Counted from the stretch's first letter, positions 50,253-63,910 are shown. The stretch is DNA of 64,000 bases from Callorhinchus milii (GCF_018977255.1 NW_024704743.1:63738001-63802000); one strand, 5' to 3'. Numbers and translations are program-made. The notes: a model not told the origin generated them from the sequence alone.

Positions 50253-51910
50253 CTGGAATAGCTGAAGAATGTCAATAATCAGAATGGTTTATCAAACTAT
50301 GCAGATCCTCATCATACTGGTATATTGTGGGTTGTTATAGTGATCTTCGGGGTTCAGAGTTTACATAAGGTTTTAGAAAGAGAACCCTATACATAGAAAC
50401 TTTTGACATATTAAGTTTTGATGTTGTTCAACAAGGAGATCAAGGGGTGCACATTTTTGTCTCTCCAATCATATTGATACACTATATATCAAATTTCAAA
50501 AATGGCAGAAATGCACAATTTATTGCATGAAGTTCCAGCCAATTTCAGCCAATGCGCCATGTGGTTCCACCCATGTGTACTTAACCTGAACTCATGGTTT
50601 ACATGGTTTGTTTAAGTCAGCTCCGGAACCCATTAGTGAAACACTAATGCCCAACATTAGGGGAGGGACCACTGTGGTGTTGGGATATCACAATGTATGA
50701 ATATTTTGCTGAGATATGCATGTGCACACCACTGGCTGAGCTGACAATAGACAGACATTTCAGAAAGATAGCAAGCAGAAAAAGGGTCAAAGGAATGCAC
50801 ACTTTTACTTGTAACTCTGAAAGTCGAAGCTCTCTCTATGTGACAATGATGATCGGCAATATAAACACAGATTTCTGAGAACCACTTTGGCTAGCAGTCT
50901 CCTAGGCATATCATCTAGATTAACAGAGGGAATTTAAGAATCTCTTCTGACATAGCAACTTGATTTGTGCCCTGAGGTCCATCTCAGCCTCCGCCTCCTT
51001 GCAATTACTTCAGAATCCAATCTATCCTGTTTCGGTTCTCACAGCACTTGCAATATAGGGATTGGCTGCAACATTATCTAAATCTCATCTACCAGAATGA
51101 GTTGGGATGCCTTTCTAAACGCAGAGGTTAACAACAACAACATGCACTTAACTCGTATAGCGCCCTCCAAACAGGGTAGCATCTCAGAGCGCTTTACAAC
51201 TTTTTTTTATTACAACAACCCTGCAATCCTTTCACCTTGCTGCAAAATATAGCCAGCATCTTACCACCTGGATCTGGGAACCACTGCCTGTGATAGACCT
51301 TCGAAGATGCTGAGAACAGCAGAAGCAATAGGGTGGATGACATTTTTTTTATTATATAAAGAAGTAGTTTTTTGCATAGATGCTACAATCTCTCTCAGTA
51401 CGTTTGATTGAAGTAACCCAAAACAAATTTAGCATTCATCAGAAAGGATGAAATTAGTGTCAAAACATCTTCAGTTTTTAAGCTAATCTTTTAACACAGT
51501 AGCATAGGAAATTGATGCCCAGGGTTCAAAGATATAGAATAGGATGGAGTATTTCTGAAGTGGATCAGGAACTGACTACATCATAGGAATCACCAGAGAG
51601 CTGCACTGACAAGAAGGAATTGTCCAGCAGTTTGCCTCGGAGATCTGGGCTATCTACACTTGACACAAATGATGTGCAAGTGAGGAGAGAAATTATAGTG
51701 ATGGTACCAGTGGGTGGGGGGGGGGGGGGAAGAAGGGAACTAACAATAACAGACAACATTTGAGTAAATACAGATGGATCTGGATAGATTAGGAAGTTGG
51801 GCTGTCAAAGGGAAAATTATACTAATAGAGAAATTAACAGTGATCATGTTACAAATATGAGGCATGTGTGATTATTTTGGCATCTTGGTGACATACACAT
51901 GCAAAACCAA

Positions 51911-52210
51911 TCACCAAGCTTAAGAGTATCCAGACTAAACAAGTAATGACATGTGAAGGGAACTTGGCCCTTGTTTGGAATGGTGTGCGCAATCTCTCCC
52001 TCGTGTATTCTGCTTACCTAATCTTGAAAAGTATTAAGCTAAGGTTGGCAGGAGCTAAGGCTTGGGAATGCAGAGTGTGCACTTGAGTACTACTGGAGCT
52101 TAAATCATTCAGTTTACAAACACTTGTCTGCTTCCAGCCAGGATCATTCTTCACATTAGGGCTTTGGCTTGCAGTCCAGTAGAAGAATCCCTGCCCCTCG
52201 TGACTGGTCA
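51911..52210 (-). repeat. Unclassified old interspersed repeat, copy 4
   Basis: Collinear with 30270-30625. Confidence 0.75.
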
Positions 52211-52920
52211 GCTTCTCGAAATCCTGCTCATGAGCCAGTATAGTAAGAGCTGTTGTCAATAACACCTTGAAGTACAGCACACCTGCCGGGTCAGGAACTG
52301 GACTACAGGGACCACCTGAGAGGTTTTACTCAATTCTGATACTCCATTGCCATGCATACCACTGGGAGCCAGTTTTTCCTCAAAGGGTAAAGTTCCTTGC
52401 ACATGTAAAATCCTTACTTGTTTAGATACTCTGAAAAAAGATCACACATAGCTCATATTTGGAACGTGAATCTCAACACATTATAACTCATAATTCAATT
52501 TGCTCCTCCCCAAGAAAATAATTAGATTTATGCAATTATAAAGCAGTAATGAAAGACTAAGTATTATACACAGTCATGCCGTTTTATATTATGCATTCTG
52601 CGCCACATCACATACACTTGTATTCTGCAATGGCTGCTGTCAAGATCATAGGAAAATTCAGGCAATCCACCTGAATATCTGGCCACTTTGCTCTTGATCA
52701 TTTTCTGGTTCTGATACTATTATTTCTTTAGCAGGAATTGCAAAAATAAACTATGTCACAATCGGCCCTTATCACACCAACAACATAGCATGGCCCATTG
52801 CTTTGTTGCCAAGACATCATTTGAGGAGAAAATTAGCTGCAGAGGCCGCAGGTCATCCTAGTCAGGTAAGTGCAGCACTGGGAAGTTTTGGTATTTTTCA
52901 TTGCAGGTTACAATACAATC

Positions 52921-55920
52921 TAAAATTACATTTGTAAAGCGCCTTTCACACCAGGAGGACATCCCAAGACCCTGAACAGTCAGGGATTAGGACCCGAGCA
53001 GGCGGGGTTTGGGATCAGGGAGGATGGAGGGCAGAGAAGGTAGGAGGGTAGCCGAAGGCACGGTCGAGGAGAAGGGTCGTGAGGCGTGCCTTGAAGGAAG
53101 CAAGGGAGGGAGTAAGGTTGTGGGATGGAATTCCAGAGGGTGGAGGCAGAGAGGCTGAACGCTTGACCGCAAATGGTGGGGTGGGCCAGACGGGGACATG
53201 CTTAACGGAGGGAGGGGACAGGTTGATAAAGGGTTAGCAGATTGGGAGGACGTTTAAGGTGAGGACGAGAATTTTGAACTCGAACCTCTGACGGATGGGG
53301 AGCCAGTGGAGCTGGGCGAGGGTGGGTGTGATGGGGTCATGGAGCCTGATGTGGGAGAGGACACGAGCTGCAGAGCTCTGGATGATCTGTAGCTTGTGGA
53401 GGGAAGAGTTGGGAAAACGAAAATCAGGACATTGGTTTAGTCGAGGCTGGATGTAATGCAGGTATGTATGAGGGTTTCGGCAACCTGAGAGGTGAGACAG
53501 TGGCGGAGTCAGGCAATGTTGCGAAAGTGGGGGAAGGCAGTGCATGTCATGGCACAGATGTGGGTGAGAAAGGACAGTTGAGGGTCGAACAAGCTGCCTC
53601 GGGTTCTGAATGGCTTGGGTAAGGTGGAGTGCTCATCCGTGGATGCTAATGATGCCAGTGCGGAGGCTGATGGTCTTGGTGATGTTCAACTGTAGAAAGT
53701 TGGCTCTCATCCAGGACTTGATGTCTGACAGGCAGTCTGTCAGGACTGGTCCTGTAATCGAGGGTGGAGGCAGAGAGATAAAAGTTGGGGGTCATCTGCA
53801 TACATGTGGAATTGACCCCATGTCTGCGGATGATGTCACCACGAGGGAGTATGTACAGGTTGATGTGGAGAGGACTGAGGACAGAGTCCTGAGGAACTCC
53901 GCACAAGACATTTCAGGGGCTAGAGGAGAAGCCGTTTGTGGAGAAAAAGTAGAGCCAGTGTGAGAGGTAGGATCTGAACCATTCAAAGACAGAACCTTAA
54001 AGGTTGAGGTGAGAGGAGAGGCGGTGGAGGAGTTGTGGTCCAAATTGTCGAAGGCAGCAGAGAGGTCGAGGAGACAGAGGAAGCTCTGGTCACATAATGT
54101 CATTTGTCAGCTTGACCAGAGCAGGTTTTGTGCTGTAAGCAGCATGTAAACCCTATTGGAGAGGTTCGTAAAGGGAGTGGCAGGAGAAGGAGTGAAGCTG
54201 GGAAGCAACAAGTCCTTCAAGGACCTAGGAATGGGAGGTTGGAGATGGGGCAGTAGTTTGTGAGCAGGGATGGGTCCAGGGAAGTTTTTTACGATAGCAG
54301 TGATGACAGCTGTTTTTAGGAGGGTGGGAACAGTGGTGTGCTTCATGTGGGTTATAGTGGAGGTGAGAGGGAGGGGGAGACGGGTTCGAAAGTGTGGAAG
54401 GAGGAATGGGTAAAAGTGAGAGATAATAATAATAATCCTTGCATTTGATATAGTGCTTTTCACATCTTCCAGACGTCCCAAAGTGCTTCACAGAATATGC
54501 TGTAAAGTGAATTGACTGTATATTTGTGGGCGAAACGCGGCAGCCAATTGCGCACAGCAATGTCCCACAAACAGTTATGGATTGAAAATGACCAATTTAT
54601 TATTGTTTTGTTTTGGAGGGATTATTATTAGGCGTGTGGAGTAAGGAAACTTGCCCAATCCTGGAATTGAACCCAGGTGTCTCGTTTGCAAGGCGAGTGC
54701 TCTAACCACTGAGCTACAGGACTCCACAATGTTGAGAAGGTGGTAGTTGGAAGGGTGGAGGCAGCTGAACAGATTCCCTCGCTTTTGGTCTCAAGGAAAT
54801 CCAGTATTTCCTCGCAGTTGGAGGAGAGGATGGGGGAAGCGTGAGAGGGTGGATGGAGGAGCCAGTTGGTAGAAAAGAGGAGCCTGGGATGTCCTTGGCT
54901 TCCAAGATTATCTTGGAATAGAAGGATGATTTGACGGCGGTGAGGGTGGAGCGGTAAGTTTTTAATGTGGTCTAGCCAGATCTGATGGTGGACTGCGTCA
55001 CACACTTGACCCTTGAGTAAGCGGAGGTAGCTGATGTACCAGCGTGAGTTGCGTGAGTAGGAGGTGGTTCGGGAGGTGAGGGGAGCAAGCGCATCAAGAA
55101 TGCTTGAGAGGGAGTTGTGGAGGAGAGTGACTGAGGAGAATAAATCGGTGCAGGATACAGGACGGGGGGGCTGGGGAGGGTGGAGGGAGTTCAGACGACT
55201 TTAGGGCAGCGTTGAGGGAGTGCAGGGAGATTCTTTCCAAGGGCAATAGGAGATGGAGGTGGGTTGGGTACCAGTGGGGAGAGGGATTGAAGAGTTAAGG
55301 GAGATGAAATGGTGATCTGAAATGGCTTTATTGATGATTGTGAAGTCTGAGACACTGAGGCCCTGAGGAATCACCAGGTCAAGTGAGTGGCCATGAACGT
55401 AGGTGGCAGAGCGGACGTGGAGGGAGAGCTTGTGAGAGGAAAGGAGAGAAAAGTCGGTGGAGATAGAGCAAGAGGGGATGAAGTGCAGGTTGAAGTCTCC
55501 TAGGATAAGGAGGCATTCAGAACAGAGGTAAGCCAGAAGGGCGAAGATGTCAGAGATGAAGGGAGGGGAGGGGGCGAAAAATCAGGATAATTTTGAGGGA
55601 AAAATTGGAGGGATGATAGAGGGTAAGGTACTCGAAGGAGGGGAATCAGCCAGAGGAGTAGGGGGATAGAGCAAGTGAGCAGATTTTGGTGAGGGCCGGG
55701 ATATCGATGTTTTCATCACTGATGATGTCGTTGATGGAGAGAGCCTTGTTAGAAAGGGAGCGGACATTTTGTAGGCCGATGCGGAGGGGACAGTTGGCAG
55801 AGGAATGTTTGACATGGGAGGGGGTAGTGGGAGGATTGGCAGGGAGGGTGGGAATGTGGATGAGGGAGGAGAGGTTAGCTCCCGGTGTCTGGTGGGGCTT
55901 GCGATGATAGTGGGAATGGG
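52921..55920 (-). mobile_element. L2 LINE, ~3 kb, including degraded endonuclease region, interrupted by a SINE
   Basis: LILGDFNLH near 55500, ISDH near 55320, RT motifs, tail. Confidence 0.9.
54423..54727 (-). mobile_element. Young SINE nested in L2
   Basis: Box A/B and tail. Confidence 0.9.
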
Positions 55921-55991
55921 GCAGTCAGTATGGCTGCTGTTGGATAGCCAATTTGCTGTAATACATCACTTTTCACCTAGGATAATACATT

Positions 55992-56125
55992 CATAGAATC
56001 ATAGAATTATACAGCACAGAATAAGGCCTTCAGCCCATCATGGCCGTGCTGGCTCTTTGAAAATAGCTATCTAAATCAATCCCACTCCCCTGCTCCACTC
56101 CATAGCCCTGCAAACTTGTCCTCCC
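55992..56125 (-). mobile_element. CR1 3'UTR and tail
   Basis: CATAGAATCATAGAAT tail. Confidence 0.75.
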
Positions 56126-56224
56126 CATCACTGAAGCAGTTTACAAGGACGATGGGGAGCAACATTTATATAGATCCCTTCATACTGGATGGTTTCTCGC
56201 AGAGCAACGGACGGAAAGAGGAGA

Positions 56225-56590
56225 ATTAGTGTGTCAATTAACGGAACAATCAAAGAGATAGCTTATGGAATTCATGAATGATGGAAAGGAAAATGCTAGG
56301 TGAAGGGATTTTGTGAGAGATTTCCAGAGAGCGGAAGAATAGTGGCTGACGGCTCTGTCACTGATGGTGAAACAGAGAGAATGAAGAACAAATGTAGAAC
56401 TGAGGATATTGGCTGGAGATTGAGCAGAAGTGATTACAGAAACAGAGTGAGGCAAGACTATGAAGGGATTTGAAAGCCAAGATGACAATCTTTATCTTAA
56501 TCTGCTGGGAACTGGGAGCAAGTAGAGCCAAACAAGAATGGGAGTTTTGGATCTGCAGAAGAGGGTACAAGGTGTGAAATTCTGTATGTG
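56225..56590 (-). mobile_element. Old L2 3' fragment
   Basis: IKIKIVILAFKSLH remnants. Confidence 0.6.
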
Positions 56591-56619
56591 GTGGAATTTG
56601 AAAGATTAGATCAGAATAT

Positions 56620-57972
56620 TCCCTGCTCTGGACTTTTGGGTGCCACTCCTTTTTCTAAAGTCAGACCTGCCCACTTCTGTTTTCATCCTTTGCTATGGAC
56701 TTCAAGCACACAAAATCATTATTGGATCTGGACCAGCTGCTCTGTCCCAATACCAGTCTCTTATTTATAGCTCTTGATTGACAATCTCCCATCCCCAAAC
56801 CCTACATCTTCTTGGCTGGCTGCCCTCTCGATTTACCTTCTCATTCCTTGGTCTTGGCTGCCTGTAAACCTCTCATTTTTGGCTCTGGACTGCCTGCAGC
56901 CCTTGAAAGGTGTGAACTGACTGCGTACCTTTCCATTCCTCGGTCAGTACTGACTATCCACCCACTCATTCCTAGATTTAGACTGACTGTCTGCCATTTT
57001 TTATCTCAACCACCTGTCTACCTTCTCACTATTGGGTCTGGAATGACTGCCCATCCTCTCAGTCTTTATTCTCGACTGATTGTTCTCGACTTGAAAATTA
57101 GGCAGTACAGTGGGACTGAAGTACAGGTTGTTTTGAGAGCTGATACAGACTCAAAGGACCAAACAACCTCTTTCTACACTGTAAATGTATATTAATCTAT
57201 GATTGGCAACCCACTCACTTCTTGTTCTGGACAGATGACCACTCTCCCATTTCCAGGGTGTGGACTGACTGTCCCACCTGCTCATTCTTGGTTCTGGACT
57301 GTCTGCAGCCCTTTCACTCCTGGTTCTCAACTTCAGACCCACAATTTCATTGCTTGCTCTGGCTTGCCTGTGCTCTTATTAGTTGCTCTGCACTGCCTGC
57401 CTGCCTGGCCAGCCCTCTCATTTCAGCTTCTGGGCTACAAACACCTGCCCCTCCCTCTCATACGTGGATCTGGACTGACCTTCACCCTGAGTCTGGACAG
57501 AATATGCAGAATTCCTGTGCGGAATTGGCTGCCGTGTTTTTGCCCACAAAATACAGTCAATTCACATTACAATATATTCTGTGAAGTGCTTTGAGACATA
57601 ATTAGGCACTATTATCAAATGCAAGGATATTATTATCATCATCATCATCATCAATGCCCACATGGTCATTTCTGGGACCAGACAGACTGCCCGCACTCTC
57701 AGTCCTCACTCCTGGGTGCCCCAAGCCTTGGCTCCTGCCGACTTGCGCATAGTACTTTCCGGAATTAAGTAAGCTGGACGCAAGCGCATTCTACGCCAAC
57801 AACGTATCTGCGGGATGTCCACGTGAAGTTGGGCTGGACGGCATTCTCAGTTTGGTTGGGATGCTCTTTCAAGCATATGGGGAAGGGTTCCCACATGTGT
57901 CAGGACACCCGACTTCAATTCCTGGGCGTGGACTGAAAACCCGCCCCCACTCATTCCTGGGTATGGACTTGA
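56620..57972. repeat. Degenerate ~30-35 bp tandem array, interrupted
   Basis: Recurring CTCATTCCTGGNTCTGGACTGACTGCCCACC-like units. Confidence 0.7.
57712..57880 (+). repeat. Unclassified old interspersed repeat, copy 5 (CpG-retaining)
   Basis: CCCCAAGCCTTGGCT..GAATTAAGTAAGC shared with 30453-30500. Confidence 0.6.
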
Positions 57973-58009
57973 ATGCCCTTGTGATGGGAGACGGGAGCTG
58001 CTGCTTTGC

Positions 58010-58625
58010 ATTCTTGCGGGCGGCACTTAAAAAAAAAACCCCCCACCAGGAGAAAGTCCCGGGCAGGGCGGCGAGTCAGCGCCGTCCGTCAGAGCGGCGG
58101 CTCTCGGACCCCGGAGCTGGCTGACACCGCGTTGTGCGCGCGCACTTCCCGCCCGGCCGCCCGCCCGCCCGCCCGGCGCACCTTGACCGCGCTGACAGCC
58201 GCGCCCCCCCGAAAGTGCGGCCACCAGCGCGGCGAGCGCTCGCGACTCAGCGGCCAACTCCTCCTCACCTTCGCGACGGAGCTCCGCCAGTCGCTCGAAA
58301 ACTCCCCCCACCGCCGCCGCCGGTTTTTCTTCCAACGCCGCCTTAAAACTCCCGACAAAAGCGTCCGCGGCAAACCGAGCAGGTGTGTTGACTCCGGCCC
58401 CTGCGTCGGCCCCCCTCCTCCTCGGCCACTGTTTACTCCCATCGACGCTCGGGAAGCTCGCGGCTCCTCCCAACTGCCGAGCCGGCGACCAACCGTCACC
58501 CGCGGCACGAGCCCCACCCGCCCCGCGCGCGCCCCTATTACCTCACCGCCACCGGCACTGGGCATGCGCGGAGCCCCGGTTCAGGGCTGAGTCACGCGGC
58601 GCGCGCGCACACACCTTACACGGAT
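58010..58625 (-). promoter_or_regulatory. PTPN3: CpG island, probable PTPN3 promoter and non-coding exon 1 (candidate donor AAG|GTGCGC at 58182/58181)
   Basis: Very GC- and CpG-rich compared with the rest of the window; upstream of the first coding exon; GGG-rich tract directly after the donor. Confidence 0.75.
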
Positions 58626-59889
58626 GTCCTCCCACGCTTTCTGTACAGGGAACCGCTCCAGAAAAGGTAATCCTCTGCCCCCCTCCTCCCTCCCTCCCTC
58701 CCTTTCCTCAGTACCTCCTGAGGTGAGGGCGTGGTGATGGCTGACCGACTTCAAAGCGTCGCTTTGGTTTCCGACCGTGTCCCTCCTCCCAAAAGGAGCT
58801 CAGCAGTCTTTTAGTTCACCAGAGCTATTCGTCACGCCTTCCCCCTCCCCCCCCTCCCTCCCTCTCCCCCCCTCCCCCTCTCCTGGCGATTAAAGACCCA
58901 CTTACGAGCGTGAAGAAAAATGTTAAACGCGGGTTCGTGTCATGTTCGTGTTGCGCAACAAGAGATGGCGGAACCTCCCAAGCTTTTCGGTGTTAAAACT
59001 CTCGCGGCTGCCCTTCGACCAGCCGAGATCCCAACTCCCCTCCCCCGAGTGCAGCTCCCCGGTCCAGCCTTTCATCAGATAAAAAAAAAGTCTGTGGACC
59101 GGTTTCTGGAATATTTCTCCCCCCCAACACTCATAAACTTAATCCTTACCGCTTGAAACTGAAACGTATTTTTTTTTGGGGGGGTGGGGAGGGGCAGTTG
59201 GGTGGAAACCCTTCACCCGGGCTTAAAGAGTATCCAAACCGATCAGGGTTGAGTTTAACACTTCCCGCCCTCCCCCCCACTCTGTACGTGAAAATTCCCA
59301 TGTATTGGAATGCGAAGTCTCTTCCCAAGTGAGAACACTTTCCTGCTGCTTATCCAGCTGGGACCACCCTATTCGTGAGGGCATTGGCCTTCGGGGTTAA
59401 CGGGAGATGAGCGGAATCATTCCTTGCCCCCGCCCGGGACACCCCACCCCACCCCGGGACTAGTCTGCCCTTTTAAGTCCTGCCAATGAGTCAGTGTGAC
59501 CGCGCCGTCATCATCAGTGCCCTGGAATACCGCAGACCCGCCTGGCTCAGGAACTGGACTACCGAGACCGCCACTGAGGAGCCATGTCACCAAGGAGCCA
59601 GTTCAACTCTAATGAGACCCTGTTTACCTCTGCCCCCCTCGGAGGATAGTTGCTTGTTGGTTATTTGATATACTTTTAAGTGCAGGTATGAACCCTCCCC
59701 CCCCCCCCCCCCCAGGTGGAATGGTGGGTACCTGGTACAGGATCCCTGCGAGGTTCCTGGTGAGCAACATAACTCAGCATGAAATGTGTAAAGGCGTTGC
59801 CACCATCTTCCACTAGAAGGATACACTTTACCACTTTGTGTCATGACTTGTTGGCGTTCAGTTGTACTATTATGTTTGTTTCTGCCCAT

Positions 59890-62800
59890 CTTAGCAATGC
59901 TTGAGTAGAGCCCAGTAGTGAGGAGGGAATTGAGTGAGGTGGAATAGAGTGAGAATTCTGTTGAGGAATTTGGTGAGAGTGGGAATTCTTGAGCAAGAGA
60001 GAACTAGGGAGCAAAAAAAACTCAGCAATAGAGTGGGAATTGTTTCTTGAGCAAGATAGAACTTTTCAAGGAAACAGGTAAACAAGTCAAATTGGCAGTT
60101 GGTCACAGGCCAAGTGTTAGGATTAGTTAATAATTTGCTGAACAGTTAAAACTGGTTATGTCAGAAGCCCATATAAAGGGGAGAATTGCGAGAGCCCAAC
60201 AGTGTGGAAGGAACTGAGTGAGATGTCTGCTAAGGAATTTGGTGAGAGTGGGAATTCGGTGCAGAGGGGGAATGAGGTGCATAATTATACAATATATAAT
60301 AGTTCTATTAAACTAATATAAAATGTCTGGGAATATGACTGGGCAGCTGAGACTGGTTGCATGCACAATGTGTGCTATGTGGGACCTCCAGGATGCTTTG
60401 TGTGCCCTGGACGAATGTGTGTCTAGGAAGTGCCTCCATGAGTTTGAGCTCAGGATTTCTGAGCTCAAGGAGAGGCTGGTGTCACTATATAGCATATGGG
60501 AGGCTGAAGAGTTCGTGGAAGGGAAGAGTGTCAATGCAGTTGTCATTGGGGAAACAACAGTGAAAGGAGTAGACAGGTGTTTCTGCAAACAAAGACGTGA
60601 CTCGCACATGGTATGTTGTCTCCCTATCACCAAGCTTGAAAACATCACGGAACAGGTGCAAAACATTCTACAAGGGGAAGGGGAACATTTCAGAAGTCGT
60701 GGTCCATGTTGGGATCCAGGATGTAGGTGGAAAAAAAGGGCTGAGATCTTACAGGGAGAATATCAGAAGCTAGGGAAAAAGCTAAAGAGCAGGACCTCAA
60801 GGGTGGTGATCTCTGGATTACTCGTTCAAGTGAGTATCAAAATAACAGGATCAAACACATGAATGCACATGGTAAGCAAATCTGTCAGCAGATTTCAGAA
60901 AGATGCAAAACCAATAGAATAGTGATAATGGGGGACTTCAGTTATCCGAACACAGACTAGCAAAATAACAACAACAAAATTACATTTGTATAGTGCCTTG
61001 CACAGCGGGAGGATGTCCCAAGACGCTGGACATGCAGAGTTTCGGATCCGAGCTGGGAGTCGGTGAGGGGGAAGCAGGGAGATCAAAGGCATGGGCAAAG
61101 AGGAGGGTCTTGGGGTGTGTCTTGAAGGTGGCAAGGGAGGGGGCAAGGAGGAGGGAGTGCCAGAGGGTGGGGAGGAGAAGGCCTGCCTACCAATAATGAG
61201 GCGGGGGACGTGAAGCAGGCTGGAGCCCATCGAGCAGAGGGGACGAGCAGGATGGTAGGGGGTTAGGAGGTCACAGAGGTGGGGGGAGCAAGACCATGGG
61301 GGGCTTTGAAGGTGAGGACCAGTATCTTGAACTGTATCCTCTGTGTGATGGGAAGCCAGTGGAGTTGGGCAAGGATGGAGGTAATAGGGTCACGGAGCCT
61401 GGTGCGGGAGAGGACACAGGCTGCAGAGTTCTGGATGATCTGCAGCCTGTGGAGGGAGGAGTTGGGGAGGTCAAAAAACAATGAGTTTGCATAGTCGAGC
61501 CTCTTCGGCAGCCTGCGGTGTGAGACAGTGGCGGATCCTGGCCATGCGGCGGAGTTGGGGGAAGGCAGAGCGAGCCATGTCGTAGATGTGGGGTAAAAAG
61601 GATAGTTGAGTAACAGCGTAAAGGGCAAGGAGGGCGATGGATTCCTGAAATGTGTGCAGGATCAGGTATGTTTCCAGCCTGACGAGGAAGGAAGCACTGC
61701 TGGATCTAGTTCTGGGGAATGAAGTGGGGTAAGTGGAGCAGGTTTCAGTAGGAGGGCATCTGGACAACAGTGATCGCATCATTAGGTTTAGAGTACTTAT
61801 GGAAAGGACAAGGAACAATCAAAAGTGAAGATACTCAACTGGAAGAGGGCTAATTTCAGTGAGTTAAACGGGGACCTAGCCAAGGCAGACTGGAAAGAAA
61901 GATTGGCAGATAAAACAGAACAAATACATTCCCACAAAGAGGAATGGTAGGGCATCCAAACCTCCCTGGATGAATAAGGAAATTGGGATTAAATTAAAAC
62001 AGAAAAAGTTGTCTTATGAAAATGCCAGGTCCAAAATACAGAAGATAATCAAATAGAACATAGAAAGTACAGAGGAGAACTGAAAAAGGAAATGAGAGGG
62101 GCAAAGAGATTGTATGCGAAAAGATTAACAGATAACATAAAAGGGAACCCTAAGATATTTTATAAGCATATAAAGAATAAAAGGTTAGTCAAAGGTAAGT
62201 TGGGACCAATTAGGGACCAAAGAGGAAATCTTCTTGTGGAGGCAGAGGGTATGGCTGACGTACTGAATGAGTACTTTGCATCTGTCTTCACAAAAGTAGT
62301 TAGAGCCAATGCCACAATATCGGAGGAGAGGATAGAGAAATTGGATAAGATAAGAATAAACCGAGAGGAGATACTAAAAATGTTGATGGTGCTCAACGTA
62401 AATACATCACCTGGTCCAGACGGGGTGCATCCTAGGTTACTGAGAGAAGTAAGGGTGGAAATAACGTAGGCTCTGACCACAATCTTTGAATCCTCCATGG
62501 ACACCGGGGTAGTGCCAGAGTACTGAAGGATTTCAAATGTTACTCCCTGTACAAAAAGGGGCAGAAGGATAAACCTGGGAACTACAGGCCAGTCAGCTAA
62601 CGCCAGTAGTGGGAAACTTTCTGGTGAGTAATCCGGGACAGAATAAATTTTCACTTAGAAAATATGGGTTAATAAAGGAGAGCCAACATGGGTTTGTTAA
62701 AGGCAAATCGTGTCTAACATACTGTTTTTTGATGAAGTAACGGAGAGAGTGGATGAAGGTAGTGCAGTTGATGTAGTTTATGTGGATTTTCAAAAGGCGT

Positions 62801-62935
62801 TTGGTAAAGTGCCACAAAAGAGACTTATAAGCAAAATAGAAGCCCACGGTATTAAAGGGACAGTGGTTACACAACTGGTTGGGAGACAGAAAGCAGAGAG
62901 TGGTGGTGAACAGTTGTTTTTCTGACTGGAGGGAA
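59890..62935 (+). mobile_element. CR1 LINE with 5'UTR, ORF1 remnant and 5' ORF2, internally deleted and interrupted by L2
   Basis: ORF1 60323-60862: CxxC..CxxC-like plus coiled coil, then SGNH-esterase-like AVVIG..VCCLP..VVISGLL; ORF2 MGDF, SDH-like, YFASVFT, SPGPDG, YVDFQKAF. Confidence 0.88.
60965..61615 (-). mobile_element. L2 3' fragment nested in CR1
   Basis: LQIIQNSAACVL, LHWLPI, tail. Confidence 0.88.
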
Positions 62936-63908
62936 GGCAAAGGGATTGTGGGATGGAGTTCCAAAAGTGGGGGCAGAGAGGCTGAAAGCCCAGCTGCCGA
63001 TGGTAGGGCGGGTCAGGCGGGAGACCTGGAGCAGGCCGGAGCCTGCTGAATAGAGGGAGCGGACATGTTGATGGGGTCAGCAGGTCAGAGATGTAGGAGG
63101 CGCAAAGCCATGGAGGGCCTTGGAGATTTTAAATTCAATCCTCTGAGGGATGGGGAGCCAGTGGAGCCGAGCAAGGGTGGGGGTGATGGGGTCACTGACG
63201 CCCAGGTTCCTGACTGGCTCGGTGTGGCGGAGTGTGCAATCCTGGATGCTGATGCTGTTGATGCCTGAGGTGCTGAGGCGCTGGCACGAGCCAATCAGGA
63301 GGGCCTCGGTCTTGCTGACATTCAGCTGTAGAAAGTTGGCTCTCATCCAGGACTTGATGTCAGACAGACAATCTGTCAGGACGTCAGTTGTCCTGGAATC
63401 GCGGGTGGAGGCAGAGAGATAGAGTTGGGCGTCAACTGTGTACATGTGGAAGTTGATCCCATGTCTGTGGATGGTGTCAACAAGGGGGAGCATGTAGTGG
63501 TTGAAGTGGAGGGGACTGAGGACAGAGCCCTGGGGAACATCACACAAGACCTTGTGGAGCCTGGAAGAGCAACTGTTGGCGGAGGCAAATTGGAGACTGT
63601 GTGAGAGATAAGACCTGAACCATTCAAGGACATAATTTTGAAGGTTGAGGAGAGGTGGTGGAGGAGAATGGAGTGGTCCATGGTATTGAAGGCAGCAGAG
63701 AGGTTGAGGAGGACAAGGAGGCAGAGGGAGCCCTGGTCACTCCCCTGGGGGGGAGATGGGGAGGGAGTGGCAGTTGGGATGATGGACAAAATGTTGTTTG
63801 TCACTTGACCAGAGCAGTTTCTGTGCTGTGAGCAGCATGGAAACCCGATTAGAGGGGCTCGTGAAGGGAGTGGTAGGAGAAGAATGAGTGAAACTGGGAA
63901 GCAGTGAT
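62935..63908 (-). mobile_element. L2 RT fragment
   Basis: VPQGSVLSP, NFLQLNVSKTE. Confidence 0.88.
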
Positions 63909-63910
63909 TC

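Noticed and set aside
52014..52280. 88-aa ORF ending at a splice donor as a coding exon
   Set aside because: Lies largely within the unclassified repeat, and the donor is part of that repeat
33540..56590. Strand bias of L2 insertions in intron 1
   Set aside because: Both orientations are present and the counts are too small
56620..57972. CRISPR-like array
   Set aside because: Units are degenerate and adjacent with no unique spacers; eukaryotic context; no cas genes
58006..58726. Long ORFs on both strands in the CpG island (up to 194 aa)
   Set aside because: Expected from stop-codon scarcity in GC-rich DNA; low-complexity Arg/Pro/Ala content
58636..58730. Plus-strand mini-exons of a divergent transcript
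   Set aside because: Only isolated splice-like motifs; no downstream exon support visible
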